Assembly: GCA_964188305.1 (NCBI GenBank)
Contig: OZ076893.1
Source: Podarcis bocagei
Lineage: Eukaryota
Length of the DNA stretch: 64,000 nt
Direction: 5' to 3' (one strand)
Under the pieces are notes generated by a model. The model searched no databases and was not told the origin of the DNA. It worked only from the letters and a program-made list of their open reading frames with translations. This document shows, one piece after another, positions 13,431 through 27,240 of this stretch. The position numbers were made by a program, and so were the translations under genes. Position 1 is the stretch's first letter. Each line of letters begins with the position of its first letter.

Positions 13431-13565
13431 TGGGCTGGATCCAGACTTGGCCATACATAGAGCTGAAGCATTGAAATCAACTTGACAAGTGAGCTATTAC
13501 TGAGTTAAACCACATTGATTTTTGTGGATCAGCTATAACTATGACTAAGGCTGTTATCCAAATCC
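13431..13565. mobile_element. Degenerate palindromic MITE-like element
   Basis: gggctggatccagacttggccatacatagag...cattgaaatcaa / cattgattt...ctataactatgactaag..tatccaa: imperfect inverted arms; similar element at ~41975-42095. Confidence 0.45.
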
Positions 13566-14239
13566 TGGCTTGGGCGTCGTGAGGCATAACAGAGCAAAGA
13601 GACCACTGTCACATCCTCAGCATTGCTGCTGGTCTGGGCAGAAGGTGGAGGGGCACCTCACTTAGACCCACATCAGGCCCAGTGCCACCACGGGACAGTA
13701 GTGGGACTGGTTCCTGTCTCTCCCTGTCCTTGTCCCCTTTCAGAATTTTTCATCAGCTGCCATGAGTGCAGATCCCACTGGCATGACTTCTAACCAAGCA
13801 TACATTTGGCAGAGGGAACAGGCAATTCTGCCCCAGCAGAGTGACCCCCTGTGGGTAGAGGCCAGTGGAGGCTGGTAGGGCTTGGCTGAGGAACAGCTCC
13901 AACCAATCCAAACCCTACCACCACCAGCGCAGTGCAAAAGATTGCAGGCTAAGTCTGGAGCTAAAGCTGAGTAAAGATCCTCAAATATCCAGGATTTGTC
14001 AGAACAGCAACATTACTTATAATATATATAAGTATAATATATATATTATAATATTATATAGTATTAGTGCAATTATTCCCATACTGCAGGAAGAGCCTTG
14101 TGGCTTACTTAAAGGAACCTGCTGAGTTCATGCCAAATGCAGGACATAAACTGCATTACTATTCTGTTTCTTACACTACACCAGCTGAAGACACTTAAAA
14201 CACATTGAACACTTGAATTGCACTTAATTCAATTTATAA

Positions 14240-14355
14240 ACAGAGGTTGGATGGCCATCTGCCATGGATGCTTTAGCTGAGATTCCTGCACTGCTGGGGG
14301 TTGGACTAGATGACCCCTGGGGTCACTTCCAACTCTAAGATTCCATCATTCTATC
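14240..14355 (+). mobile_element. CR1-type 3' terminus
   Basis: agaggttggatggccatctg...gattcctgcactgctgggggttggactagatgacccctggggtcacttccaactctaagattccat, a typical CR1 3' end with an ATTCTRTG-like tail. Confidence 0.7.
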
Positions 14356-14771
14356 TCTCCTTCCTTGGAGGTTTTTAAAACCTTGAATAAAATAATTTCC
14401 TCAATTCTCCCATCGTCTTTTTCTTTATACACTGTAACACTTCATAGAGAAATCCACTAGAGAAATTCAATTTTTCTCTTAGAGAGGTTTACAGATTGAT
14501 ATTCTTGGTAAAAATTGTAAGTGCTTTAAATTGAGGAAAAGAATCTATACTATGTTTTTATTGCTTGTTCTTTGCTGCAAATACTCCTTTGAAGTTGATT
14601 TTTTTTAACCTGTTATACAAGTGAAAGATAACACAAACAAAACACAAATAGTTCTACTTTATAACAGAAGAGGGCTCACACATCCTGTATCAGAATATAG
14701 TTTGAGTCATTAAATATAAATACCACCATGCCATGTCATGAATTAGGGAAGAAAAATCACTGGGAAAAGAT

Positions 14772-14813
14772 TGCAGTTCTCTGCTTCAGACTCACAGTGT
14801 CACTGTTGGACAA
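14772..14813 (+). promoter_or_regulatory. Pcdh CSE/CTCF promoter element (CACT variant)
   Basis: Identical to 3869-3910. Confidence 0.8.
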
Positions 14814-15060
14814 GGCGGCAATCCATGGGCAGCTGAAGTTCCACTGATGCTTTCTGCAGAGAGATCTCTTTGTCCCAAACTGCACATCGGGAAAACCAGC
14901 AGACGCTGGAACAAACGTTTCAGCTGAGAAAGAAAAAAGAAAACACTGCAGCACATACAAATTAAACCAAAAGATCCAGTTCTTTTTTTTACTGGGCAAA
15001 ATAAAATCTCCTGTCTTTGTGGACATCTGAAATCCTGTGCTCATCAAAGAGAAGAGGAAA

Positions 15061-17490
15061 ATGAACAGAAGAGGAATCCTTCATGGAGAGAGCTTTCAAA
15101 CACCAGGAAGGCATATAACACTTCTGATATTATCATCTTTGTTCTGTGGAACAGTTTTGGAAGAGGTTCACTATTCCATCCCTGAGGAGATGGCAAAGGG
15201 ATCTTTGGTGGGAAATCTTGCCAAGGATCTGGGACTGAATGCCAGAGAACTGAAGAGCAGAAACCTGCATATCCTTTCTGAAGGTAAAAAGCCATATTTC
15301 ACTATCAATGCTGAAAATGGAAACCTATATGTGAATGAGAGGATAGATCGTGAGGGAATGTGTAGAGAGAGCACACACTGCATTATTGATTTTGAAGCTG
15401 TGGTTGAAAAGCCATTGAATGTTTTCCATGTAAGTGTAGCAATTCAGGACATTAATGATAACATCCCACAATTCATAAAGGGCAATATTGGGCTTCAAAT
15501 AATTGAATCCACATTGCCAGGTGCCAAATTTCTTCTTGGGAAAGCTCAGGATCCTGATATTGGGATTAATTCTCTCCAAAATTACCAGCTGAGTTCAAAT
15601 CACTATTTCATTCTAGAGATTCGACAGAGAGAAGATGGCCATAAATATGCAGAATTGGTGTTGCAGAAACCTTTGGATCGGGAAAGTGAGCACTCGCTTC
15701 AGTTGATCCTTACGGCCTTGGATGGGGGTGAGCCCAGAAAAACTGGGACTGCCCAGATATGGATTAACATCACAGATGCCAATGACAACCCACCAGTCTT
15801 CACTCAAGAGCTTTATACAGTTAACCTGAGGGAAAATTCCCCCGTGGGGTCCCCAATACTCCAAGTAAAAGCCTCTGATAGGGATGAAGGTCTAAATGCA
15901 CATATTAGTTATATTTTTAATAACATCCCAGAAACAGCCCACCAAATATTTGAACTAGATCCACAAAGTGGAACAATTACAATTAAGGAAGCTCTTGACT
16001 TTGAGGAAACAGAGAAGTACACTATGACAGTTGAAGCAAGAGATGGAGGAGGATTAGTGGCTCACTGTAATGTTGATATAAAGATTATAGATGAGAATGA
16101 CAATGCTCCAGAGATCATTCTGGCCTCCTTATCCAGTCCGATTCCAGAAGACTCTGTTTCTGGAACAGTAATTGCTCTCATCAACGTAAAGGATAGGGAT
16201 TCTGGAGAAAACGGAAAAATTACCTGCCACTTACAAAGTAATGTTCCATTTAAAATAGCATCAGTATCTAAGAATAACTACAAAATCCACACAGACAGTC
16301 CTTTGGACAGAGAAAAAGCCTCAGGATACAACATCACAATCATGGCCACTGACAAAGGTAGCCCTCCTCTCTCCTCCAACAAAACCATCTCCCTGCAGAT
16401 TTCAGATATCAATGACAACCCCCCTGCCTTTGAAAAATCAACCTACAGTGTCTTTGTGCCTGAAAACAATCCCTCAGGTTCCTCCATTTTCTCCATCAAA
16501 GCCTCGGACCCGGATCTGGACCGCAACTCACGTATCACTTACTCCATCCTCAACAGCAACATGGAGGAGCTGCCTCTCTCCTCTTACGTCTCCATCAACT
16601 CTGAGACGGGAACTATCTATGCACAGCGCTCCTTTGACTATGAGCAATTCCGGGAGTTTCACATCCAAGTGAAGGTCCAAGATGGCGGCTCTCCCTCTCT
16701 CAGCAACAACGCCACCGTGTGGGTGTACATTTTGGATCAGAACGATAACAGCCCTCGCGTTCTGTATCCTGTCCCAGGTGTTGAGGGCTCTGCCTTGTTT
16801 GAGATGGTTCCTCACTCGGCAGAGCCAGGCTACCTAGTGACCAAAGTGGTGGCTGTGGACGCTGACTCTGGGCACAATGCCTGGCTCTCCTACCAAGTGC
16901 TGCAGGCCACGGAGCCAGCCCTCTTCACCATTGGGACCCACACGGGAGAGATCAGGACGTCACGAGCCCTTCTGGAGAAAGATGCTGTGAAACAGAAGCT
17001 GGTCATCTTGGTGAAGGACAATGGGAAGGCTCCGCTCTCAGCTACTGTGGTCCTCAACCTTGTGGTTGCCGAGAACTTCCAAGAGGCACTTCCGGAAATG
17101 ACTAGGCAATCCAGTGACACAGAACATCATTCTGACCTCCAGTTTTACTTGGTGCTGGCTTTGGCATTGATCTCATTTTTATTCCTCATGACAGTGATAC
17201 TGGTCATTGTCATGAAACTTCGACAATCAGGAAATCCCAAATTATTCCAGTGCTTTGAACCTAATGCTTTTTCTAAGGCGCAGGTCATATTTCCACCAAA
17301 CTATGAAGAAGGAACTTTACCTTATTCCTACCAACTCTGCCTATCGTCAGAGATGAGGAAAGAGCAGATCTCTTTCCCGAAACCCCATATCCAGGTTACA
17401 GAAAACTTGCTGTGCAATGATAGCTCTCAGGTGGTTCTTGTGGATGGCAACTGTGGGGATGCCAATGCCAAAGAGGAGGTTGGTGAGCAG
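15061..17490 (+). CDS. Protocadherin gamma-B-like variable exon (gene 3; close paralogue of genes 1 and 6)
   Basis: Same architecture; ATG at 15061. Donor CAG|GTAAGC at 17490/17491, phase 0 (810 codons, same length as gene 1). Confidence 0.93.
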
Positions 17491-17881
17491 GTAAGCTTTG
17501 CTTTCGGAACTGTGATGTTGGCAGCACAGGCTTGCTCCTCGTAGGAATAAAACCAGACCTTTCTTTCTGTCAGAATGCACCAGCACTCAGTTCTGGCGCC
17601 TCTCAGGTAGGCTATTTTGCCATTATAAGAGAACAAAGTAGGCACCTCTTTGCCTAGACAAATTGCACTGAGTAAAACTAATATTTTTAGCTTGTCTTCC
17701 TCTTACCTACCTGATTTAGTACATGAGAGAACTAGAAAAACATGAAATTATATTACTAGAACCTGCTGTTCAGAATGTAGAGAATTTTTTTTACAAGCCT
17801 TCAAGTTGCAATGGCAGGGGCATTTTCAATGCTGTAGCTGAAAATTATGTTCAGGTGAGTCTTGATCTTGTTATGGTTTAA

Positions 17882-18237
17882 AGGTAAAGGTAAAGGGACC
17901 CCTGACCATTAGGTCCAGTCGTGGCCGACTCTGGGGTTGTGGCGCTCATCTCACTTTACTGGCTGAGGGAGCAGGCGTACAGCTTCCGGGTCATGTGGCC
18001 AGCAGGACTAAGCCACTTCTGGCGAAATCAAAGCAGTGCATGGAAACGCCGTTTACCTTCCTGCCGGAGCGGTACCTATTTATCTATTTGCACTTTGACG
18101 TGCTTTCAAACTGCTAGGTTGGCAGGAGCTGAGACCGAGCAACAGGAACTCACCCCATCGCGGGGATTCAAACCACCGACCTTCTGATCGGCAAGTCCTA
18201 GGCTCTGTGGTTTAACCCACAGCGCCACCCGCGTCCC
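17882..18237 (-). mobile_element. Full-length Sauria SINE (lacertid POM-type) with 14-bp TSD
   Basis: The - strand begins gggacgcgggtggcgctgtgggttaaacc (tRNA-derived head) and ends in an (ACCTTT)n tail. TTGTTATGGTTTAA is duplicated at 17868-17881 and 18240-18253. Confidence 0.9.
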
Positions 18238-18399
18238 TGTTGTTATGGTTTAACTTCTAGTAATTATGAATGAAATGGAAGAGTGCGGTGAATTTGAGTT
18301 TTCCGTACTAATGTAGATATCAGTAATAAGGTAACAGCAATTCAATGTAAGACCCCATGTAAGAAAGTGCAAAGAAATCTTTTTTTCACATATTTTGTC

Positions 18400-19375
18400 A
18401 TCAGCGGTAACTGACTAGGAACAAGATCCTGGAGTCATAGTGGATAGCTTGATGAAGATATTGACATGACACAGTGTAAAACAGATGTGGAAAAGGTGAA
18501 GACCATGGTAGAAATTGTTAGGAAAGGAATTAAAAATAAAACTGAAGAATGTTCAGGAAAGAGCAAGCACAATGACAGGTGGGTGGAGTAATTCCCCTAT
18601 GAAAAAAGGTTATGACATTTTTTATTTTTAAGTTTAGGGGAGAAAAGGCAAATAAGGAAGGACATAACTGAGAGGCATAGATTTCAGCATAGCGTGGAAA
18701 ATGGAGAAATAGAAAAGTTTTCTCTCTCTCATAACTAACAAGAGGCTGTGATAGCCCACAGCCTGAATGGCTTTAAAAGAGGTTTACACAAATTCCATGG
18801 CTACTAACCATGTTGTCTAGGTTCTGCCTCCACTGCCAGAGGCTATATGCCTGTGAGTATGAGGTTCATGGAATCACAGGTGGTGGCAGTGCTGTTGTGC
18901 TCATGTTCTGCTTGGGGGCTTCCCATGGGCTTCTGGTGGCCTCCATGAGTGCTGGACAAGCTCCACCTTTGGGCCAATATTGCAGGCTTCTTCTTATGTT
19001 ATGTTTCTTTGTTCTTTATAACAATGTAAGTTATAGTTCACCTTATAGTTCAGCTATGGAATTTGCTACTACAAGATGCAGTGATCACCCCCAACTTGGT
19101 GGCTTTAAGGAGAATTAGATCATATGAGGGCTCCTACAGGAAAAATGGCAAGATGTAAATTTAATAAAGAAATTTATGGTGGATAAAGCCATCACTGGTT
19201 TGTAGTCATGGTGGCAATATTACCTCTAGTCCCAGAGGCATTGTGCCCCTGATTTTAGTTGCTGTGGTCCAAGAATGGAGCTTCTGAGAGGAATCTGGCC
19301 AGCCACTGTGGGAGACAGGATGCTTGACTGGATAGGTCAATGGTCTGATTCAGTAGGACTGTTCTTATGTTTTCA
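18400..19375 (+). mobile_element. Two tandem degenerate CR1 LINE 3' fragments
   Basis: RT C-terminal remnants (gttaggaaaggaatt, gttcaggaaagagcaa, cccctatgaaaaaaggtta), then gatggctttaaaagagg..acaaattccatgg, with termini ...cttcttatgttatg (~19003) and ...gttcttatgttttc (~19372). Confidence 0.7.
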
Positions 19376-20949
19376 TGGAATGGAATTCTGTGCATGGGTA
19401 TGCTGTGTGGTGTTGTGAGACAGACCGTAAGATGAAAATTTAATGAATTTAATAAATGGGGGGAAATTGCATCTTGTGGGCTATTATACAGAACAATAAT
19501 AGGGGCTATTACCATTAATGTGGACAAATCAAAATCAAACTACTTCTGTTATTTTCCAAGGAAACCTCTACAGTATCGTAAAATCCTTCTGAATTGGATA
19601 TCTTGATTTCTTGTATCACTCTCTTACTTTGTCTTTCTATTGCTCTCAGTTCCTGACCGTCATAATGTAATCATCACAATCTTTTCATTTAATGTATTTC
19701 ATATATTACTTAATTGCCAAAGTCTCTAATCTAGCAATCCTTTGACATCCTCCTTCATCTAGAGCATATGAGTTCAAATATACCAGTAATGGTGTGTACA
19801 AACTGCATGATAATGTGCATTCAGTTCCGGATTCAGATACGCCTTTTGGGGGTGCTGTGCACACGTCATCCCGATGTCAGCCCTGTCCCACACTATTTGT
19901 CATTTTAGGTGTATCCTTCTGGAATGGTTATAATCTGTTTTGTGCCAAGATTGTACTTCTCAAGCACTTGTTGCATGCATGTGTAGACCAAGAATGCTTT
20001 CTTAGGTCACCTCCTATTGGAGCAGATCTACTGATGTTGCATGGCTGTGCCACTGCAACTCACCTTGTTTAACCTGTCTGTGAATGAAAGAGGCAAAAAC
20101 AAAAACGGAGCAGTACAGCAACTTAGCTCTCTCCATAAACATATGTATATCAACACATCAGTTTCCAACCCCCTCTCAAAAGACTGAAAAAATATGTGCT
20201 TTTTAAAAGGTATGTGAAAATAGGAAGTACTGATGGGGAGGGGAACACAGAACTTCATTACACACTAGTTTGAAAACATGCCCACCTGTGTACAGACAGC
20301 ACAGAGAGTAGCTGCTACTTTGGATGATGTTATTGCACAAAGGTGTGTGAAATTGCAAACAACCAGGTCTTTTTTCCAGTAGCACCTCTCCTGAGCATTC
20401 CGGCAGACCTGGGATGGATTGGGACTTGGCGTGGTGAGTGTTTTGGGCTCTTTTTAAGGTAGTTGGTGTGGCGTGTGTTTTTGATTGCTCCCAAAAAGAA
20501 GCTCAACAACTTTGGGAGTTCCTGCACCTCTCTTTGTAAAGAAGAAGAAGAAGAAGCACTGCAAACAACTACGTACAAAGTGAGGGGGGGTGATTTCCCC
20601 TGTGCATTTTAGAGGCTACATGTGTACACAGCCTATGATGTCCAACAAACCTATTTCACGCTGTTGGATCCAATACAATGCCAAGCGCTGGTAGAGCAAT
20701 TACTGCAATTGTTCCTGCATTGGTGGTTAGATCCTGCTCTGGCCACAGGGGAGCAAATGCTGCAGAAGGAGCTCTGCATGGCACCAGCAAGTAGGAGTCT
20801 GCTATGGAACTAATACCAGTGAACAGATTTTTATGACCCACCACTGCCTAAGTAGAAGCGGGAGAGATCTTAACATTGCTGCTTATTGTACCCTCAGTAA
20901 ACAGGCGCTGTCTAAATAGAAGTTGTTTATTGTACCCTCAGTAAACAGA

Positions 20950-21016
20950 AAGGAAGGAAGGAAGGAAGGAAGGAAGGAAGGAAGGAAGGAAGGAAGGAAG
21001 GAAGGAAGGAAGGAAG
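20950..21016. repeat. (GGAA)n microsatellite
   Basis: Perfect AAGG run. Confidence 0.97.
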
Positions 21017-21917
21017 ATGCATGGGATTCTCTGAAACTGTTCCTTACCTCCAGAATTTGGCAGATTGTAAAGATTCAACTGTAAGGACTTGTAAGGAAAC
21101 TATAATCAAAAGCACAGAAAATAGCACTTCTGAAAGACAGAGGGAGCAGATGCTAGATGAATACTGTTATATGAGTCAGCATTGTGATGCTGTGGCGCAA
21201 AAGAGCTGGACCATGTGTAGTTTGCATTTACAGGAGAACTCTTGGAGTAGCCAGATTTCTACTAGGGACCGAGAAGAACTGTTCTGGACACATGCATTCC
21301 GTAAATGCTGATTGACAGACATCTAACAACTTAGGAAAGATTCAAAAAAGAATTATTCCAGCCCTTCTGCTGAAGAAAATAATTATAATAAATAAATTTT
21401 CAGAAAATGTTTAATTAAGCATCCCTTAGTTTGCCTTTTTCATATAAAAAAAGTTTTAGAATGTTTTACTTTGAAATTATTTTACAAGTTCCCTCCCCTC
21501 ATAATGTTTTGTGAGGAATTCCTAGTAGATGCTGTGATGTATTTCCAGTAAAAATGTTTTTAAAATACTATATATATTTAGGAGTCAATGTTCCAAGAGC
21601 TAGGGAAAATGCATGGAAACATAAGATTTTCATGACTTTCATCTAACATTAGGATTCCTATGTACAAATTTCCATACTTGTTTATGCAGTAACTGTGGAG
21701 TTGCACATTACATACCTATGTAGAAAACTTAATCTTACCAAGGGAGGTTTAACTGACTTGTTGGTTATTGGGGTTCTCTCCTTTTCTAGCGAATAAGAAT
21801 CCACTTCTACGCTTACAAAGGATAACTTGGTGTTTCATGATAAATTAAAATAAATACTCACTTGGTTTTGTTTATCTGTGAAACAGTGTGCACACCAGCA
21901 GCATTCCCGCTTATGTG

Positions 21918-22050
21918 GGATACCTCAGTTCAGTAGAGTATGAGACTCTTAATGTGGGTTTAAGCCCCATGTGGGACAAAAAGATTCCTGAATTACAGGG
22001 GATTGGACTAGATCACCTTCGTGGTGCCTTCAAAATCTGTGATCCTATTA
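21918..22050 (+). mobile_element. Degenerate tRNA-derived SINE with CR1-like tail
   Basis: cctcagttcagtagagtatgagactcttaat..gtgggtttaagccccatg (A/B-box-like), followed by gattcctg..caggggattggactagat. Confidence 0.55.
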
Positions 22051-22157
22051 TATGTCTTGTGTATTGACGCAAATAAATGCATTAAATTGATAGAGCAAGG
22101 AAACACAAGCATGACATTTAGTGATAAAACAGGTTAGTAATTAATTTATGCATTGTG

Positions 22158-22224
<67 letters not shown>
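22158..22224. repeat. Compound (TA)n(CA)n microsatellite
   Basis: Perfect runs, ~45 bp upstream of the gammaA CSE. Confidence 0.97.
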
Positions 22225-22227
<3 letters not shown>

Positions 22228-22269
22228 GTTGGATATACAATGAGAATCGAAACAAAAAAATGTAGTGTG

Positions 22270-22310
22270 TGCAGTTCCTGGCTGTGACTCTGAGTGTCGC
22301 TGTTGACCAA
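22270..22310 (+). promoter_or_regulatory. Pcdh CSE/CTCF promoter element (canonical CGCT box)
   Basis: TGCAGttcctggctgtgactctgagtgtCGCTgttgaccaa; 28-bp spacing. Confidence 0.9.
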
Positions 22311-22496
22311 CCAAGGCTAAGAAATATACTGAGAAATTCATCCTTCCCAGATGAGCAGCTCAGCTCAGAAAATGCTGAGAGATCAGAGTTTCAGTGAACA
22401 TTTTTGCTTTGGGAATCTCAGCTGCAAGTCCCTTTCTGGCAACACTCCGTCATCCTGAATCACAGATCTCCCCAACAGCTTCATATCAGACCAGGA

Positions 22497-24908
22497 ATGG
22501 CAACAGCAAAGTATCCCCAAGCTTGCAAAAGGAGAGTTTTCTTTTTATTTCTGTTTGCTAACATCTGCCAAGCCATCACCAGACAGATCCAGTACTCCAT
22601 TCCTGAAGAAACTGAGAGAGGCTTTTTGGTGGGGAATATTGCAAGGGATCTTGGACTGGACGCAAAGGAGCTCTCAGATCGTGGAATTCGCATTGTTTCC
22701 CCAGGTAGGACTCAGTATTTTGCTTTGAATTATAAGAGTGGCCATTTGCACACCACAAAGAGAATAGACAGAGAGGAGATCTGTGGTCAGGAAGAGAAAT
22801 GTATTTTGAATTTTGAGATTATAGTTGAAGATTCAATGAAAATTTATGGAGTTGAAGTGGAAGTGACAGATATCAATGACCATGCACCCACCTTCCCGTC
22901 AGAGAAACTAGTGATAAATATCAGCGAGAATGCAGCTTTGGGGTCCCAGTTTCCCCTCTTGGAAGCTCAAGATCCTGATTTAGGAAACAATTCTCTACAG
23001 GGGTACAAACTCAGCAACAATAGCCATTTTTCTTTGATTCTCCAAACATCAGTTAAGGGCAAACAATATGGAAAAATTGTGTTGGAAAGACCTCTGGACC
23101 ATGAAAAAGAAGCAGTTCATAATCTTATCTTCACCGCATATGATGGTGGTGATCCAGTCAGGAGTGGCACTGCACAGCTGCACATTACAGTCCTGGATGC
23201 GAATGACAATGCACCGATTTTTAGCCAACGCATCTATGAAGTGAGCGCAAGGGAGGATTTACCTCTAGGAACCATTGTGGTTACATTAAAAGCTACTGAT
23301 CTGGATGAAGGGACCAACAAAGAAATGACATTTTCGTTTGCAGAAATCACGGAAAAGGCTTCCCAGATATTCCACTTAGATAAACACACAGGTGCACTAA
23401 CTCTCATAGGAAGTTTAGATTATGAGGACTCTGCTCTTCATGAAATTGAGGTCCAGGTCCGTGATGGTGGAGGTCTATTGGACAGATCAACTGTCATAGT
23501 ATTTGTTACTGATGTAAATGACAATGCACCCAAACTGGAAATAACTTCACTTATCAGCTCCATCCCTGAGAACTCTCCACCAGCGACTGCAATAGCCCTT
23601 CTGAATGTGCAAGATGAGGATTCGGCAGAGAATGCAGAAGTCACGTGCTCTATCCCCAGCAACCTCCCCTTTCTACTGACAAAAGCCTATGGCAACTACT
23701 ACAGTTTGGTGACAGCAAGAGCCCTGGACAGAGAGCAGGTGGCAGCCTACAACATCACTGTCACTGTCACGGATCATGGGACCCCTCCACTTTCCACATC
23801 GATTGTTATTCCACTTGAGATTTTAGACACAAATGACAACCCTCCACACTTCCTGCAATCCGTTTATACTTCGTATTTAATGGAGAACAACCCAAGAGGG
23901 GCCTCCATATTTTCCCTGAAAGCTGATGATCCAGACTGTGGAGAGAACTCCAGAGTCACTTATTCCATCATTGAGCACAACATCAGTGACTCCCCAGTAT
24001 CTTTCTTCCTCTCCATTAACTCTGAGACTGGGATTGTCTATGGCCTGATCTCTTTTGATTATGAGGAGATGAGGGAGATTAAGTTCCTGGTCAAGGCCCA
24101 GGACGGAGGTTCTCCACCACTCAGCTCCAACGTCTCAGTGACTCTCTTCATCCTGGACCAGAATGACAATGCTCCCCAAATCCTGTACCCCTCCGCTCCC
24201 ACTGATGGCTCCACGGGGATAGAGCTGGCCCCTCGCTCCTCTGAGTCAGGCTACCTGGTCACTAAGGTGGTGGCCGTGGATGCGGACTCTGGCCAGAATG
24301 CCTGGCTCTCCTACCAGCTGATCAAGGCCACCGAGCCAGGGCTCTTCACTCTGGGGCTCCACACGGGAGAGATCAGGACAGCCCGCTTCTTTCTGGAGAA
24401 AGATGCCCTCAAGCAAAGCCTGGTGGTTTTAGTCAAGGACAATGGGCAGCCACCTCTCTCTGCTTCAGCCACTCTGACTGTGGTGCTGGCTGACACCATC
24501 CCTGCAATCCTCTCAGACCTGAGCAGCATCTCAGCTCCTGTAGAACCTCCGTCTGACCTCACCTTCTACCTGGTCCTTGCAGTGGCTTTTGTCTCCTGCT
24601 TGTTCTTCATCTTCCTCCTTGTGTTACTGGCAGTTAAACTTCATAGGTGGAGATATTCACAGTCTGGAACTGAGAAGTTTAGTGGAGTTCCAGTTTCACA
24701 GTTTGTGGGGATTGACGGAGTCCGAGCATTTCTGCACTCCTACTGCCAGGAGGTTTCTCTCACTACAGACTCTAGGAAGAGCAATTTCGGATTTCCCAAG
24801 GGAAATATTTCCAATACTATGACCAGTCACCAGCCCTGTGAGATAAATGATCCCTTTCTCATTGCTGAAGAGATTGCAAACAGTAATGGGGATTCAGCCA
24901 ATATACAG
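22497..24908 (+). CDS. Protocadherin gamma-A-like variable exon (gene 4)
   Basis: gammaA hallmarks: [78 protein letters not shown] at 22497 (the ORF track starts at a TTG). Donor CAG|GTGAAG at 24908/24909, phase 0. Confidence 0.92.
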
Positions 24909-27138
24909 GTGAAGTCTTGCTATCAAATCAAAGGTTTTTCACTTTATATTTTCAGTTAGACATTAATGCCATTTATATTATTTGTTTTGCACTTGTTCTG
25001 AAGAAATGGAACTGGAGACATATTCTCTCATTTATACTTGTTCTCTTCAGATAAAATGAGGTTTGGGAGTTCACATAGTTCACTTTTTGTATATGTGGTT
25101 GTTTCTGTCGCAAGCAAATGCGTGTAGAGATAGGAGAATTGTAAACAGCTTGTCCCACAAGAGCTTAAGTGCTTAAAGAGCAACCATGAGACAAATATTA
25201 GAGATATTCATATATTTTCTTGTTCAGCAATTTTTGCATGATTGTGATGGTTATCTTGTTTAAATTGAATGCTTCTTTCGGAGCTTCTTTCTTGAGCTTC
25301 TTGCCTCTTGGAAAGGTTATTTAGTTCTCAAATAATAGTATCTGTTGAAAATCTAGGCTTCCCAAAATATTTGAACTTTTATTTACTGCCCTCTAATTCT
25401 GTGTCTGAAATAGTTTATGTCTTTACTCATATGGATAGATCAGTTGTGTGTTTACTAAACAGGGTCAATAATCTATCTAATTAGTATTTTCCAGCCTTAT
25501 GAGCAGTAGGTGGTAACTCAGGTGTTTCTCAGCCTAGCTTTATTAGATGTTTTAAAAAACTGGAGATATCAGGAATTAAACCTGTATACTAAGTAAGAAC
25601 TCATCTAGTTTATTGGCCAAGTATGTGAGCTGATAGGCATGAGATCTGTAATTTGAATATTGGCTCTTGCCACAAACTTTGGTGACATTAAATGATTTAT
25701 TGCATTTAAAAATGGAAATAGATCCCTTGGATGGGACAGCAGAAGCAGAGTTGCAAGAAAAATCTTAACCCAATTCATTATTTGCACTGAGAAGGCGAAA
25801 GGTCCCATTGATACTGTCTCTGCACCCATGGTCATGATCCTGCTCCCCCAATGACATCTATTTCCATTAAGAATGCATTTTCATTCAATGTAATAAAACA
25901 TTTAAAGCCACATATGCTTTTGCTCTAATTAGGCATGTTACTTTTTCTCATTCTCAGCTGCAAATCTGTAATACCAGTGCAATAAATCACACTGGCCTAA
26001 CACTCAGAAGTGCCATATAATGGCCAAGTATTGTCTCTGCCAGTGGGGAATGGCTCCCTGCTCTTTCCCTTCCATTGGTTCAGTCTCCCAGAATTTCATC
26101 ATATAGAAAACAATGGTGTGTTAAATGTTCGTGTAGTAGGATATTATAACAAGGCAAATTTATTTCACATTTTGAGCAATAATATTTGGCCTCATCTGAG
26201 AGTCTAAAGAGGTCAGACAGGTATTTTAATAAGCCAGTGATGATACACAAAGCAATCCAACCCCCATTTCCACTGAGCTAGGGAACAATGGGGTTGGATT
26301 AGGCAGAGACGTCCCCCTGCCTGGCTCTCTCGGTTCAGCTGACATCACCTTCTACCTGCTGGATGTGCAGGAGCCAATGGAGAGCCCCAAATGGGGCATT
26401 CTGAGGGCAGGGGCATGGCTGAGCTGGCCCAGTAACTGCTGTATCCTGAGCCAGTCTTGCTGCAGTCATGCAACAGACTCGGACCAGGTCATTCTGGATC
26501 TCCATATTCTGCTATGGCTAATGTGAACAGCAGGGCTGTGGATCTGGCAGTGGCCGCATAACTCTGCAAAGTCCCAACGGTGGGAGGGGACTTTTTGATG
26601 TGTGTCCTCCTATAGTTGCCTTCAGTTAGCTCAAGCCATATGTAATTGTATATTTATCATCCTTGTATTTTGTATGATTTTTTAAAAAAACTTTCTGCAA
26701 TATGAATGAGAGAAGCTATGAGAGCAATGAAAATCTTTCAGTTCTGGATGGAGTTGGATGACTTTATAAAGAATGCCAGGCTCTTGTTGGATATGTCTGA
26801 ACACGGCACAAGGCCTGTTTGCGTTTCTATGATTTGTCTTAGGAGCAGCAAAGAGAGTTTCCTTGTTCACTGAAATTGCATGGGGGTGCCACGCAGGACT
26901 GTTTTAGCTGTTGACAGGAAGCTACAACTCAATCTATCCCCACCACCCAAAGCAAGCTACCTCCTAAAGACCACGGTGGCATATTTTCAATAAAACCTGC
27001 TAACAAAATTGCTCACATTGGTCCTATTTATACCTCAGAATCAGAAGATCTCGCTTCTAACACCTTAGACTTACAAATCTTTTATCACTCTGTCTTTTTT
27101 ATCTGTTAACATTGGCAAGTCATTACCACTCCTTGAAG

Positions 27139-27240
27139 ATTCGCCACTTTTTCCCTGAGGAAATGGAGGAAGGCTCTTTACTTGGAAGTATCACCAAGGA
27201 TCAGCAACTACTGGTGATAAAGAAACTCTCAAACCTTGAA
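27139..27240 (+). pseudogene. Relic of a Pcdh EC1 N-terminus (probably gammaA)
   Basis: attcgccactttttccctgaggaaatggaggaaggctctttacttggaagtatcaccaaggatcag translates to IRHFFPEEMEEGSLLGSITKDQ, compared with [22 protein letters not shown] in gene 4. No continuing ORF. Confidence 0.6.

Noticed and set aside
20883-20948. 22-bp direct repeat (ttattgtaccctcagtaaacag) with a 22-bp spacer, CRISPR-like
   Set aside because: Only two units, in vertebrate DNA with no cas genes; a local duplication.
26336-26360. ctgacatcaccttctacctg resembling the gammaA SDLTFYL segment
   Set aside because: Only ~20 bp, with no flanking homology.
26877-26915. Possible decayed CSE (tgca...gactgttttagctgttgac) upstream of the EC1 relic
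   Set aside because: The position is suggestive but the match is too degenerate to support.
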